Notes: generated by a model not told the origin, from the sequence alone. 64,000 nucleotides of DNA from Octopus vulgaris (GCA_951406725.2 OX597819.1:56420001-56484000); one strand, 5' to 3'; numbered from the stretch's first letter, positions 1 through 13,948 are shown. Numbers and translations: made by a program.

Positions 1-832
1 TACTGAAGAAAGTGTTTGAAACTAAGATATTTATTTGCTTTTTTGAAAGAATGAAAAAAAGCAAAAAGAAAAAAAGACGAAAATTTAAAGAAACAAAAAG
101 CACTTATCAAAAAGATAAACTGGTAAAAGTAAAAGAAAAAAAGTAAGAAAGACTGGTTTAAAAACATCAAATAACAACAACAACTAATGTTAGCAAAATG
201 TGTTAGGAAATTTAGTTGATAGTGTTTAGATCTCATTGATATATTTATGAGATGAAATACTTTCCTGGCGTTATTCTATAAATACTGCAGAAAGACGCTA
301 TGACTTCTTATTTATAGTGAAGAAGTAACGATTGAGAAGAGAAGAAAAATCAATACGCGGGAACAGAGAGACGAACAATAAAACAATGGCAAATAAAAAC
401 GAAGCGAAATAAAATGAAATATAAAACAAAGAGAAATTTTGAAGAATGACTTGAAAAATAGATTTGAAAACCTGATATTTTCAAAAGTTGCAAAATTTAA
501 CTTTATGCTAATTTAATTTTATTTAGTTATCACAGAAGTTGGCAGGGTGTAAAAGTTCTCGGCATGTAGGCTGAGTCGATGATTAGGATTTTATTGAGTT
601 TGGAACGAAGCCTTTAGTTAAAATATTAACAGCGTTTAGAAGTACGAGTGTCAAGAACTACCGTGACTCCAATTAAAGATACCTCCAAACACGTGCATTC
701 TGACTCCCTGAAGGAATGTCACTCAGTCAAAGTAATCCCAAAATACAGGATGTTCACGCTTGGAATGCAAATGCTCATAACTGTACACTTAACAGGCCTA
801 AACAATAGCAGTTGGAAGTAAATAAATGATTA

Positions 833-921
833 TGTTAGTTAGTTAATTTTTGGCTCAAAAGCAAATAGCAAGGCCATGTAGGGAGACATGGAATTAAGTA
901 CAGGGTGGTGTTCATGTAAAG
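833..921 (-). mobile_element. 3'-terminal fragment (3' UTR and (CTAA)n tail) of the CR1-like LINE at 35452-37745
   Basis: ttagttagttaattttt-ggctcaaaagcaaatagcaaggccatgt...gttcatgtaaag is near-identical to 35452-35541. Confidence 0.85.
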
Positions 922-2630
922 AATACATATATGTGCTAGTTGATAAAATATCTCAAGAAGAATTCGAATATTTTATTCTTGACTTGAAGAAAACAAATAA
1001 TCGATAAATAAAGAAAAACAAATAATCGATAGGAAATCAATCAAAAAAGGTTCAATTGGTAAGAACTGTTTCGGGATCGAAAAGTTATATGTTTTTTTTT
1101 TAAATGTTATATTTGATGTACTATATGCTAAGGTAAAATGTTTTATTCTATCTCTTACACAGAATCCTAGTGAAGTGAAGGAATTCAAAACTTGGCTTCT
1201 CCAAGTTGTTAGATTAAAAATAATAGAAGTAACATAGAAAAACGAAATAAAGAAAATTTAATCTGAAATGAAGGGATCGTACTCTTTTGAACTGGAGGAG
1301 GAAAAATATGAAACGGATTAAGTTTAGAAGACATGCACAACCGCGCTCAGTCCATCCCTGCAAATAAGGACTTGGTTGAAATAGGAAAAGGAAATACTAG
1401 CTAGATATTTAGAGATGGAATATAGATAGATAAAGAGAGATAGACAGATAAGCAGATATACAGATGATTTATAGGCAGGTTGACAGATAGATGGCAGATA
1501 GATAAGCAAAAAAAGAGAGAAGAATTAAAGATAAAAAAAGGATAGGAATATTGATGTTGCTTAATCCCAAACTAGTCCTTGTAGAGCAGAGCAATCATCA
1601 AAGATATTCCTGCCATGACTGTCCCCATCTATTCGTGTACCTAAGAACCCGTTGGCTGATCATGAGTTTAAGACGATAAAATATGGTTTGAAACAATTGA
1701 CTACATGACAGCGTAAAGATCGATGTCATGAGAGTTTTTCTGGTTTGTCCAGTAGCTCGTACGCAGTCCTGTGATTGTGAAAGAGGAACACTTTTAAATA
1801 GGTGTAGAGCAGTGTCAAATGCTTTTGCACAACTGAACTCATATGACTCACTGTCGACGGCCATAGACGATAATTCCATCGCTTATTATAGTGGCGGGGG
1901 TCAATCAGGTTTAAACCGACATTATATGAATAACAATATCTGCTGTCTAATCTTAATTTCCTTGATGGATCAAATTCTCATTATGCATTCAGTTTCCTTG
2001 AACAACGGCATGCACTATTGTTTACGGTCTTCAATAAATCCGAGGCCTTGTGCCTATGTACGAAATCAATACAATGTGACTACTGAATATTCAATACTAT
2101 ATTTTATTGTCCGTGTCTCAAAAGATATACTTCAGCTGACAAACATCTTCAGCTGTAGTCTGTATACTTTACAATTTCTAGCTGCAACTATCTGCTCTAC
2201 ATAAACTTGCAATTCTTGTTTCTCCGGACAGACAATATCCGCTAAAGCTATATTTTAATACGACACTATATTCAATTATTTCTATTATATTAGCTATCTA
2301 TACTTAGTCAACATTAGTAATGCCTACTGACCGGTCTAGTTTCTATTATACAGAACTTAAAGAAATCATTAAAGCATATGTGTGTGAACGCCTATGGATA
2401 CACACATACATACATACATATTTACAGACAGACAAACACACGTATACACATACTCTTACAAACATATATGCGTGTGTGTGTATGTTGTGCGTTTGTGTTT
2501 GTGTGTGAGTGTGTGTATGTATAATTATTCAGTTTATTTCAAGATTTCTTGCCAACAGAGAAAGAATTGGTTTCTAACCTAGATCCAAGGCTCCTTCATT
2601 GCAATTTCAACATCAACAACATGGTATTTT

Positions 2631-2712
2631 TGTATGTATGTATGTATGTATGTATGTATGTATGTATGTATGTATGTATGTATGTATGTATGTATGTATG
2701 TATGTATGTATG
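2631..2712. repeat. (TATG)n microsatellite
   Basis: Perfect tetranucleotide run. Confidence 0.95.
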
Positions 2713-2861
2713 AATCTATCTATCTATCTGTCTTGATAAATAGATAGATAAATAGATAGATAGAAAGAGAGATAAAGAGAGAGCGGTACATGTGTAGATG
2801 TAAATCGTAGATGCGCACATATAATCATTTATGATTTTATGTCTATTTATATTTTTTGAAC

Positions 2862-3167
2862 ATGAAAGGACGCGGGCGGGGAGCGACGCCATAACAATTC
2901 ACTGTCTCCCGCCATGCCAGCGGTCACCGTTGCGCTTTACGACGGCAACCAGCTCGAAGTGGGGAAATCGGAAGCAACAGAGAGAGATAGACAACGATAT
3001 AAGAACAGTGGGAACGAAGACACAGCAGCGGCCACCGCTTCAGAAGATGCCTCGACTCCCTCTCGACGAGGAAATGACCGCCACTGCCACTCGCCTGCGA
3101 AAGGTTTTCTCAACCCTCCTCTTATCCGTTTTTTCTTTTTCCGCTTTTGTCGTCGTCGGTCGGTGTT
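2862..3167 (+). pseudogene. Probable ITS2-derived GC-rich spacer preceding the 28S fragment
   Basis: GC/CpG-rich island directly upstream of the 28S 5' end. Assignment is by position only. Confidence 0.45.
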
Positions 3168-3757
3168 TGCCCTGTGAATCGCCGTGCGAGTCTACCTGCT
3201 GAACTTAAGCATATCACTAAGCGAAGGATAGGAAATCAATCAGGATTCCGTAAGTAACGATGAGTGAAGCTGGAGAAGCCCAATGCTGAACATTGTCGGC
3301 CGTGTCGGGGCTGCTGAGAGCCGGTGACAGGCTCATTTAGAGCCGGTGACGATCGGCAGTGTTCTTTGCCCTTAGAGTCGAGTTGCTTGGGAGCGCAGCC
3401 CACAGTGGGTGGCAAGCTCCATCTAAGGCTAAATGCGGGGATAAGTCCGATAGCTGAAGGACAACTTAAAAGAACGTTGGAGAAAGAGTTCAGGAGACCG
3501 TGAAACTGCACAGGGGTAAACGGGTAGAACCATTCACCACGATCGTGAGGGGACTCAAATCCCGCCGGTGGTGGCTGCTCGTTCCGCGGATGGTCATCTG
3601 CCGTCTCGACAGCACTCGATTTCCGGGTGCCGGCATCGGACGGATGTCTTCCATCTGTCGTTTCGAACCGTTCTCGTCGGGACAGTAGGCGATTGGTGTC
3701 CGCCCTCTGATCGCAGGGGCAGTGCTCCGCAGCTACTGTCTTCGGCCGGTCGATAGT
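3168..3757 (+). pseudogene. 28S: 28S (LSU) rRNA 5' fragment, decayed orphan pseudogene
   Basis: Matches universal LSU motifs with substitutions: acctgctgaacttaagcatatcactaagcg (ACCCGCTGAAYTTAAGCATAT), gagtcgagttgcttggg, ctccatctaaggctaaat, gagttcaggagaccgtgaaac. The conserved AACAAGTACCG block is missing and the sequence ends in the D2 region. Confidence 0.9.
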
Positions 3758-5084
3758 ATCCTCACGCTTATATCAACAGGGCCCTTTGCACAAATACTTT
3801 TCGGGGATTGACCAGTTGCTCATATTTGGTTTATTGTGAATAAGTTTATATTAAATTAAGGTATTTATTATCAAATCGTAATTAAATTTACTAATACATG
3901 CATAAATATCATGATCCTTTTGTTAACATTTTGTTTTCGTTTTATATTTTAATATATTCTAAATACACTATTAACCCTCCAAGAGAATGCAAAAATCATC
4001 CAGACATTTTGCTTGAACATTTTACACATGATTTTAAAATATACATACTATATTTTGATTGTCAACTAATTTCTTATAATTTGTTTAGCAAGTTCAAGTG
4101 ACTAGCATAGATAGCTAGTTGGAAAAAAATGGAATGCCCCTTTTACAACGATTTGGAGGGAGCAAAAAATTCCCTATCAGACTGCCATTTTCGTATCGTT
4201 AGCATGAAAATGCTTTGTTCAAAATATATAAAATCATTTACCCTAATTTAGATTCCATGAATAGACAGGTATTTCGTTACAAAGATCTGCCTGTTTTTAT
4301 TCTTCGCCAAGAAGATTTAAACTCAGGAACTGAAGATAACTCAGAAATTGCAATTGCTTACGGCGCTTTGGATTTCCGTCAGTTTCCCGGTAAGAGCCAG
4401 AAGAGAATAATAAATCTTTCACACAAGAAGTATGAGCGATCTTTTAAGGGCAGTTATTTCCTCTTTTCGTTCGGAAGAAACGTTGCTGCTTCAAGAAAGT
4501 CAAACAATGACCTACTATAATAAGCGGCATTTTGATTTCGCAGTTTATTTCAAAGTGGACGATCCTCACCATTATTGTTACGGTATTAATTAATACACTT
4601 TTGTCAGATTTTCTGAAACGCATGTTATAAATAAATAGCGACTCGTTTTTATAGACATTGCTTAATTTAAAGGTTGGATTATTGCGTAATGGACATTTAA
4701 AATCATCCATCCTCATCGCTAATTCACTGCATTTATAAGAACTTGTGTTAAAATGTAGATCCTTTTCAATGCAATTCCATGCATCGGTGTCAAATGGATT
4801 CTTAAAATAATCGCTATGTTAATTGTCTTGCAAGACAGGTTCATCAACCATAGCTAATTTCTACGTTTCCGAGATCGCTGCATCAATAGCGAGCATATAT
4901 AAGATAGCGAGCCGACAGTATAGTTAGAGCTTCGGGGAAAATTCCATGTGGTAGTTCTTCCAGCGGGCTACGTTGAGTTTTAATGCGGCCCAGGTTAAAT
5001 TCGCATTTCACCTTTTCCGGATATCGATAAAATAAAGTGCCAATTGAACTCTATATTATCGTTCAGTATTATCAATTCATTTTC

Positions 5085-5190
5085 AGTCCAGAGTTCAAGT
5101 TCTGCCGAGTTTGACTATGCCTTTCAGGATTTCAGAGTCGATAAGATAAGTACCACTTGAGTACTGGGATCGATGTAATTGACAACCCAC
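5085..5190 (+). mobile_element. Decayed copy of SINE family 2 (see 34092)
   Basis: agagttcaagttctgccgagtttgactatgcctttcaggatttcagagtcgataagataagtacc resembles the core of 34092-34320. Confidence 0.65.
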
Positions 5191-6117
5191 CTCCGCGATA
5201 CTGTTGCTTAAATTATAAATCATTGTAAAATAATGATGAATTAGTAGACTCGTTGAAGTGGTGGGTGAAAAAATTCATACGATATTCCTTCTGGCTATTT
5301 AAATCCCACGTTCGAATCTCGTTGAGGTCAACTTTCTTTTTCATCTCTTTGAAGCTGGTGAAATAAAATACCAGACAAGTAACGAGGTCTATATAATCGA
5401 CTAGCCTCCTTGCCCTAAACACTGCTGGCTTTGTACTTGAAGAAGAAGCTGTTACTAGAAATCATATCGTTGACGGAAAGAACCAAAGAACTCGTGCATT
5501 ACTGGAAAAAAAATAATACTCGACTAATTTCAGTAGATGATTCAAGAAAATATTTTACCACCTCTTCGATGCTTTGTTTAAGTAGTGTTTTTCTACAGGT
5601 GGGTTCCATTGTTCGCCGCAGCCTGACTTCTATCAATTTTTTTCCACCATGCTAAGATCACGCAGCTTTTAAAATATATAATGGTCAATCCTATCAAAAT
5701 CTCTTAAAAAGTCTAGATATATCACAGCAGTATTTGAGTTGGTGAGCAGCTACTTTAATACCCAGTCGTAGTCCGGCAAGAGCTGTATCGGGCCGCTTCT
5801 AACTGGACGAAAATCATTCTATGTTTCATCCAGGACATCATGATCAATAAGTTTCCTTCTGAATATTCGTTCCATGATTTTGCTGATGTGTGAAGTCAGA
5901 AAGATAGACGTGTAGATTTAAGCATCTGCTCATCTTTCTCCTTTATGGACTGGGCATATTATACTCTCCAGCAATTTGCCTAGGAACTTACCATTAGTAG
6001 GAAAGCTAAAAAAAGAAGTTGCAATGATTTTGGAAGGGCATGTTTGCACGATTTGAGAAGTATTGTTGGAAATCCATCAGGGACAATAGCCGAGCTAGCG
6101 CCTTCCTCATCCGTGGG

Positions 6118-6173
<56 letters not shown>

Positions 6174-6569
6174 GTGTGTATGTAAGTAGGTAATATCTAT
6201 CTATCTATATATCTATCTATCTATCTACCTATCTATCCCCTTATACTGTTTTATAATATTGCGACTATATATTAAAGATTTATTACATTATTGTGTTTCT
6301 TTTAATAAAGTGATTTTGGAAATAACTTGCCATCTTAATATTAGGTATCATACGCACCTCGAAATTTAATATTGATTTTTTGGAAAAAGTGCATAATATA
6401 CATGTGGCTTTGCGAAATACACGCGGTAGCACTCACACATACTCAATTATATATATATATATATATATATATACGTCTGTGTTTGTGTGTGTGTATGTGT
6501 GTGCGTGTGTGCGTGTGCGTGAGTGTACGTGTATGCGTGTATGTATGTATCTATAATATACATGCGTAT

Positions 6570-6613
<44 letters not shown>

Positions 6614-7498
6614 TTATATATTTATATATTCTTGTATATGTACGCATATGTACGTTTGTGCATATACACATGTCTGTATATATATATATGCATGAGAACT
6701 TTAGGTAAGATAAAATACATTTGCGATATATTTCAGCTTTTAAAGGCAAATTCACTGCGTTTACCGTGGAGAGAGATATCTCTCTTAAGGACAAGGTGTG
6801 GAAACACCATATCCGCCTAGTGTCGCTCCCTGTCGGGTTTCCTGTCGCAGTGTTTGTAGCGCTTTATCCGGTCTCAGTTGAAAATACCAAAGTGGGTGAA
6901 TATGTTTTTTTCACAACTTTTACCATAAGATTTGGGTATGCGGACATCGTGGAAATACATCACGGAATAACGTACGTGCTTTGCATTGTTACGGGTTGCC
7001 CATTGGCAAGGCATAACGCCCGTTCTGCCACCCAGCCAGGGATACGGTGAAGTCATGGGACTACTGCATGACGGATTGTGAAGAAGTAGCGTAAAAGCAC
7101 AGCTGAGCCGATGGTGATTCTTGCATTGACACTGAGCAAAGGAATTCCCGAAGATCAACGCTTAGGACCACCAAGCTTTATCAAGGGAATAACTGCAACG
7201 CATCCGTAGGTGTAGTGTCAATAGTTGTGTGATGAGCTAAAGAAAGGTTCGCTGTGACTCAAGCCCCCCAATTTAAATTCATAATAATATAAAAGGATGG
7301 CGACAGAGTCACTGGAATCTGCGAAAGCTGCGAAAATAAAAAAAAAATGAATTAAGAAAGAAGGAAACATAAGAGGAAATATTTTCTCCACGGCAACTGC
7401 AGTGAGTTTTCCTTAGAAGTTGAAATATGTCACAAACATATTTAAGCTTATGTGCGCTTGTGCCTAAACACAGCTTCGCACAGATACTGTCACACACA

Positions 7499-7579
<81 letters not shown>

Positions 7580-7760
7580 TCACACATATACATACATATA
7601 CGCATACATATGTGTGTGTAATTGAGAAACTTGCATAATTATGACGTTGCCGATTTTACTGCGTGGAGCTCTTGGCAAGTGTCTGCGCTGAGTAATGAAT
7701 GACCTGTGAGTTGAAGCTGGTTGACATAAAATGTATGTTGTGAAATATATCGATGCCAGT

Positions 7761-7830
<70 letters not shown>

Positions 7831-7901
7831 AAAGTAAATAAATGGCACAACGAAGTACCGATATTTACTGGAAAATAGCGAACGTAATAAATACGACGCT
7901 A

Positions 7902-7975
<74 letters not shown>

Positions 7976-9595
7976 TTACATCATAAGAATGCAGAAACTT
8001 GGAGTGACGTGAAATATATACAAATATACATGTATGGGTGTGTGATTCGTATATAAACACACACACATACACACACGTATATATATTTAATGTCTATGCA
8101 CACGTTAGTATTTTTATGTTTTGTAGTGGTAAGTCAACGTTATTCATATTTTAGCATACAGATAAATATAATTTATCGAGACGAAGTGGTATATCTCAAC
8201 AAATGCCTGCAAGACAAATATTGTAGTTCAAATGTCAGTAGTTTCGTAAACATCATTTTAGTAACATCCAAATATAGAAATAAAGATACAAATAAAGTCT
8301 TATATGGCAAACTGTTACAAAATACAGGATCATATTCAGCAACTATCACAGACGCTCGAACACTTAAAGATCGCACATACGTGTCTCCTCTCATAAAGAA
8401 TTATTCATACATTAAAGCAGTAATACAGAAGCAATTAGATTAACATATATCTAGATATTAGATTCAATTACATTATTTGTAAAAATAATTTAGTTTAGTT
8501 ATTTCAGCTAGGGGTCGAGATTTTTTAAGTATTAAATGCTTTCGTTTTTATCGTAACCTCAGGTAACATATGACCTCAAGTAACCTCACGTTATATGTAG
8601 CCTCACTTTATATGTAAACCTCACGTTACAAATGGCGCTCAGTGGATTTAATCTTACTCTGTCTGTCTTGTGCATCACATGCGACATATAGTATTTATCT
8701 GTCGTGCATGCGTTATCTTTGCTACACATTCGGAATTTTTTCCAGCCAACACAGTAATTAGGGTCTTATGAGAGGAAAGTCTAATTCTTTATTTAAACAC
8801 ATCAAACAAGAACTAAAATTCTGAAAACATGCATCGACATTTAGGACAAACTCAAAAGGTTTTAAAAAGACAAGTACTTAAGTTTTTTTTTTCTGTATGA
8901 GAGAATAACCAGGAATGGCTGTTTCAAACAAATATGTTGGCAGAATCCGAATAAGATATAAATTCCACCAAGTTTTTATTTTAGTGAAGGCAATAAAATA
9001 TTCTTGGTTTGTTTTACTAAAAATAGATTTCTAATATTGGTAACTTTTTGCAAAGATCAAAATTGATTCTAGCGACCCCATTACTTCATCGGTACTTGAT
9101 ATTTGGAGGCGGATAAAATCGATCATATGAAACTCAGTATTTAACTGCTACTTATTTTATTGATCTCAAAAACAGAGTTCGGTTCGATTTGTGCGGCGTT
9201 TGCACTCAATGTTCCCCATAATGTTGAAAACAGCACACATGCATAAATATGCACCCACCTCTCTCTCTCTTTCTCTCTCTTTCTGTCTGTCTGTCTAATC
9301 TATATATACTGCTTTATAATATTGCGACTAAATATTGAATATTTACGACATTACTGGGTTTCTCTTAATAAAGCGGTTCTGCTTCATCTGCAAAAGTGTA
9401 CCCGAGTGATCACGAACGATGTTAAACTGCTCGAATGCCCTGACTATTGTCTACAATTAGATGACTGTGCCGCCAGTCTGCAGACATTTTATGCGGATTT
9501 ACTTACTCATGTCTATCACCATGGGTCAAGTGAAAAGACAAAATTAGGGGACGTGTGATTATAAAACACAACACAGACCTCTTGTATTCTCCACA

Positions 9596-9693
9596 GGTAC
9601 ATATTGAGGTGATCAAGAAAATACATAACGGTGGAAGCTTCACTTCTGCAGGCTGCAAATTTGGTGTCAATGAATTTACCATTCGTATCATTT
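9596..9693 (+). pseudogene. pogo/Tigger (CENP-B-like) transposase N-terminal HTH remnant
   Basis: Manual translation VHIEVIKKIHNGGSFTSAGCKFGVNEFTIRII* resembles the Tigger-type K.EVIK...G....GR.FGVNESTIR motif. Confidence 0.5.
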
Positions 9694-9960
9694 AGAAAGT
9701 GTGTGTGTGTGTGTGTGTGTTTGTGAGTGGAGGGTATGTGATTTGTTTATCGCTGTGTATTTTTTTAAACTATAAACCCTCGTCATAAATTGAGAGATGT
9801 ACAATCTCTTGGCATATTGAAACTAGAAGTACACCGAATGCACAGACTGCGTGAGGATGATTCATTTGTCACTGATAGATGATATATTACGGTGCTCTTT
9901 TTGGAACCGTACCACCTCCCTTGATAAACGGCTATAGATGTATTAAAGAAATCTCTGCCG

Positions 9961-10110
9961 GTTAGCTAGCAGAAGTCGTTAGTGCGACGGGCAAAATATT
10001 TAGCGGCATTTCTGATTTCAAATTCCAGCAAGGTCGATTTTGCCTTTTATCGTCTTGGGGCCGATGAACGAAATACCAGTTAAGCACTGTAATCGATTAA
10101 CCGCCTATCC
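9961..10110 (+). mobile_element. Decayed SINE family 2 copy
   Basis: agctagcagaagtcgttag...ttcaaattccagcaaggtcgattttgccttttatcgtcttggggccgatg similar to 34092-34250. Confidence 0.7.
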
Positions 10111-10116
10111 ACGGAT

Positions 10117-10381
10117 TAGTTAGTTAGTTAGTTAATTTGGCTCAAAAGCAAATAGCAAGGCCATGTAGGGGGACATGGAGTTAAGTACAGGGTGGTGTTC
10201 ATGTAAAGAGTTCAGGCCACTTGAGGTCCAGGGAGGCTTTGAACAAAGCGGTCGTCGGCATCTTCACCATCTCGTCTGGTAGCTTGTTCCACGGATCCGC
10301 AACCCGGACGGAGAAAGCTCCTCTCCTTCGATTGAGATGAAATCGTCGCAGGTAGAGCTTTTTGGAATGACCCCGCAGCCG
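10117..10381 (-). mobile_element. 5'-truncated 265-bp copy of the CR1-like LINE 3' end
   Basis: Near-identical to 35452-35712. (CTAA)n tail. Flanked by acggat at 10111-10116 and 10382-10387 (candidate TSD). Confidence 0.93.
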
Positions 10382-11794
10382 ACGGATGTCATGCCTATCA
10401 GTCCGTGTTCCTTTATATAGACGATGTTGATGTTTAATAGACGTATGCTAAAAGACAAAAACCAAAACATATATGAAAATGTACTTTTCGTGTTTATTAA
10501 ATTCACTCAGATTAAGTGATGTTTATTTCAAAATCTCCAATATATTGCTTCACAATTTGATTTAAAAATAGGCGATTTGACAAATTCGGCAATGATTATT
10601 TTCCAATACAACTGACATCAATGAGCGCTAAGTTCTCTCATGGCAGTTATTTAAGGTTATATGTAATTGGTTATAGTGATCAGAGTTCAGCCTATATTAG
10701 AGAAAACACCATATAAATGGTTTCTCTTATACTCAAATAGATCTGGCTCTCTTAAATAATGTAATACTATAATAGGCGGCTGTAGTTTCTCTTGCTGCGC
10801 TACCGTTTCATTATAATTCTCTTACTAACCTTCATAAGTGAAATGCCAACATATGTTTATGGTTTGAAGCACAAGTTAAGCTTTCATATTAACATGAATA
10901 GTGTTATAAAGATTCCAATATATATTAATATAAGGACAACATATTCAATTAGGTTATCTTCTCATTAATCATTGGCCAAAATATTTAAACGAAATTACAT
11001 ATTTACCAAATTTTGGACAGGTAATTTAGAAGTATAAATTTTCAGAGTGCGAAACCCGCAGCTGCACGATTAAACCCGATTCATTACACTTTGGACAGTT
11101 TTATTTCAAGAATTTAATTCAATCTTCGTACGGGCGGAGAAATGTCATTCAGAACGGTGTACCTATTCAATTAATTGAAATATGGAAATGTCCTAAGAAA
11201 TTTCAATATTCAGCCAATAGTTATAGACACCAGAATCATATAAAATTCTAAATTTACTTTTATTTCATGTTCAGAAAAGTAAAAAAAAAAAAACAACAAC
11301 AAAAAACAAACAAACAAGCAAAAAAATACAGAGTAATGTTCTTTCATAAAAGAAATATCTGGAAAAAGACATTCTCCTTAAGAACAAAGCGACACTGTCA
11401 TTTTATGTAGAAGCAAGAAAGTACATACCAGCAAGGGATTCTGTATTATGTTATCTACTTAAAGAATCACAGGATTCATATAATATGGTTTCCACTTAGA
11501 CAATATTGGAAATGAGAATTACAATAAAATTTATATCACGTTACCACGCAACCACCAAATTTATTTGAGCAATAATTCTGATTCGTAACAGAGAATGGTT
11601 CTTCACAGTTTATAGACAAGTTTCGCGCTATAGCATTTATTTAATTCTCATAGAGAAGAGAAGCAAATTCGCATCGCGGTTTCAGAGTTCTAAATCTTTT
11701 AAAATCTAATCAGATGGCTCAATATTTCTTTCAACGAGAAGTGTAGATTTACGCGGTATTCAGGCAGAACCCACTATCGAATACTCGCTCGTTA

Positions 11795-12092
11795 ACTCAC
11801 TCAATCACTCATTGACTGACTCACCTAAACACACTCGCTCATTCACCTACTCTCTCACACACTCACTCACTCACTCACTCACTCATTCACTCACTCACTC
11901 ACTCACTAACTCACTCACTCACTCATTCACTGACTGACCCATTCCCTTGTTCATTCATTGACTGATTCATTCACTCCCTCATTCAGCTACCCACCCACTC
12001 AAAAATTCACTCACGCACTCACTCACACATTGACTGACTGACTCACTCGCTCACTCTCTCGCTCACTCATTGACTAAATGACTCAGTCACTC
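11795..12092. repeat. Degenerate (TCAC)n microsatellite
   Basis: Imperfect actc/actg tetramer array. Confidence 0.9.
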
Positions 12093-12224
12093 AGTTCTTT
12101 TATACTTTTATTTTTCAAATTTATGGTAAAGTTCATTCCTAATCTAAAATATACTCTTTTTCATTTTCTACAATACTCTTCCATCTATCTGGTAGACTTG
12201 CTAGGTCTCTCTTCCAAAATTCAC

Positions 12225-12540
12225 TTAAACGTGAGGAAAAGTACTCCTCCTGTACTGTTCTGATCTATTATACAGAAGTAATATTTTTTCCGTCCAATTG
12301 AGTTTAAAGACTGCAGAATAAATAATGATCAGATGAGGCAATGTCCGGCAAATATGATGGGTGGAGCATCGTTTCTCATTCAGACTGACCAGCCTTTGGA
12401 ATGTCATCCTCGCTGTATGTGGCCGAGCATCATCTTGATGGGAGAATACATTTTGTCTTGAAACCAAAGATGGTCGTCTTTCTTCTAGCGCTGACTTAAG
12501 CCGCTCAAAAGACTCAATACACTTTTGGCTACCAAATAAA
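12225..12540 (-). pseudogene. mariner transposase C-terminal remnant
   Basis: ERLKSALEERRPSLVSRQNVFSHQDDARPHTA corresponds to the mariner HDNARPH motif. Frameshifted downstream. Confidence 0.8.
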
Positions 12541-13366
12541 GTATGTTTTTTTGCACAACTCATTTTTATTAGGAAAATAACCTCGGAAACGAGGTCAGGT
12601 CGCACAATTTTGAGTTCTTTAGCTAAGGGAGACAACTCTGCCTGACAATCCTAAAATACATGGAGTTTTACCAGGGAATGAAGCTTTGAAGATGTACTGT
12701 CAACTTCATTAGTATTATTTAGTAGATAATCTTCTAATATGAAGTATGCTTGTCTGTGTTTTGTTTAGCCCATAGCTGACACTGATGTAGCAGACATATC
12801 GCATACTTTTTTCTTCCTGAAATACTGTCAATCTGTGCTTTTCTTTTGAAGCAAGGGTGTGTTTTAAGAGAGATTTAGCTGCTATTTGTAATAGCGCAAG
12901 GTGCCACAGAGACACATCTGTGTGTGTGTGTTTTGTTTTGGTGAAATAATGCTTGTTTGCAGAATATTTTGTACAATAATTTTAAAAGAAATCTGGACAT
13001 CTTTTTGCTGATAAACATTCAACTTCAAATTACTACTGTTAATTCTTGGGAGTCAAGTAGATGTAGATGTACATATAATATTTTCGTATAGAGTGGAAGT
13101 TTAACACGAACATTTGTACTCATTGTCTTGTGGTTAATAATGCATTACCTTAAATTTGAAGCCATAAAGTCTTTAAACATTATTTTACAGGATTTAGTTT
13201 TTCGTCTGTCGCCTTCAAAAATTTAATTGATCATCCTTATTTCAGTACGTATTTCAATCTGGCATTTATTTTACAGATTGCTGAAATGCTACCTTTGAGA
13301 CATAGTGGGACACAATACTCGATTAAACAACAAATGTAAACACACGCATGCGCGTATACATATTAG

Positions 13367-13530
13367 GTGCAAGAATGACTGCGTGATTGACGCTTGCTTC
13401 TCTACCACATGGTTCCACGTTCAGTCCATCTGCATGATACCTTGGGCACGGATTTTCTACTATAGCCATAGGCCAACTACAAACTTGTGACTGAATCTCG
13501 TAGACAGAAACAGCAGGGCTGTTCGTCAGA
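13367..13530 (+). mobile_element. Highly decayed SINE family 1 head
   Basis: ccacatggttccacgttcagtcc...accttgggcacg...ctactatagcc...gtagacagaaac resembles the reverse complement of 23420-23569. Confidence 0.6.
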
Positions 13531-13902
13531 AAATGACCGAAATACATGATTATAAACAAGACGGGTTTGCTTCGTACGCCTTGTTTGTCAATTCCTCCCA
13601 TAGGAAAGGAACAAATAATACAATGTGGTTGTAGCTCATAACACTCTGGGCTGCATTGCTGGTGTGTGTATGTGTGTATGTATATATATGTGCACACACA
13701 CGCATATTCGACATGAAACTAGATCCCTCATAGGATTGAATTGAAAATGTAAACTGGTTTTACCTCACTTATTCATAGAAGGAGGTGGATATCACCGACG
13801 CTTGCTCGATATTCCATACCCAAACACACACACGCACATAGACATCTATGTACATTTATATGTATGTACGAATATATGATATTGTAAGCACAAATTTGTA
13901 TA

Positions 13903-13948
<46 letters not shown>

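Noticed and set aside
1598-2204. ORFs of 93 and 158 aa as host exons (AKAFDT resembles an RT motif)
   Set aside because: No recognisable domain or splice support. A single motif is too weak to call.
8570-8650. LTR end (..TACA) followed by a TGGCG primer-binding site
   Set aside because: Poor tRNA complementarity beyond 5-7 nt, no second LTR and no gag/pol.
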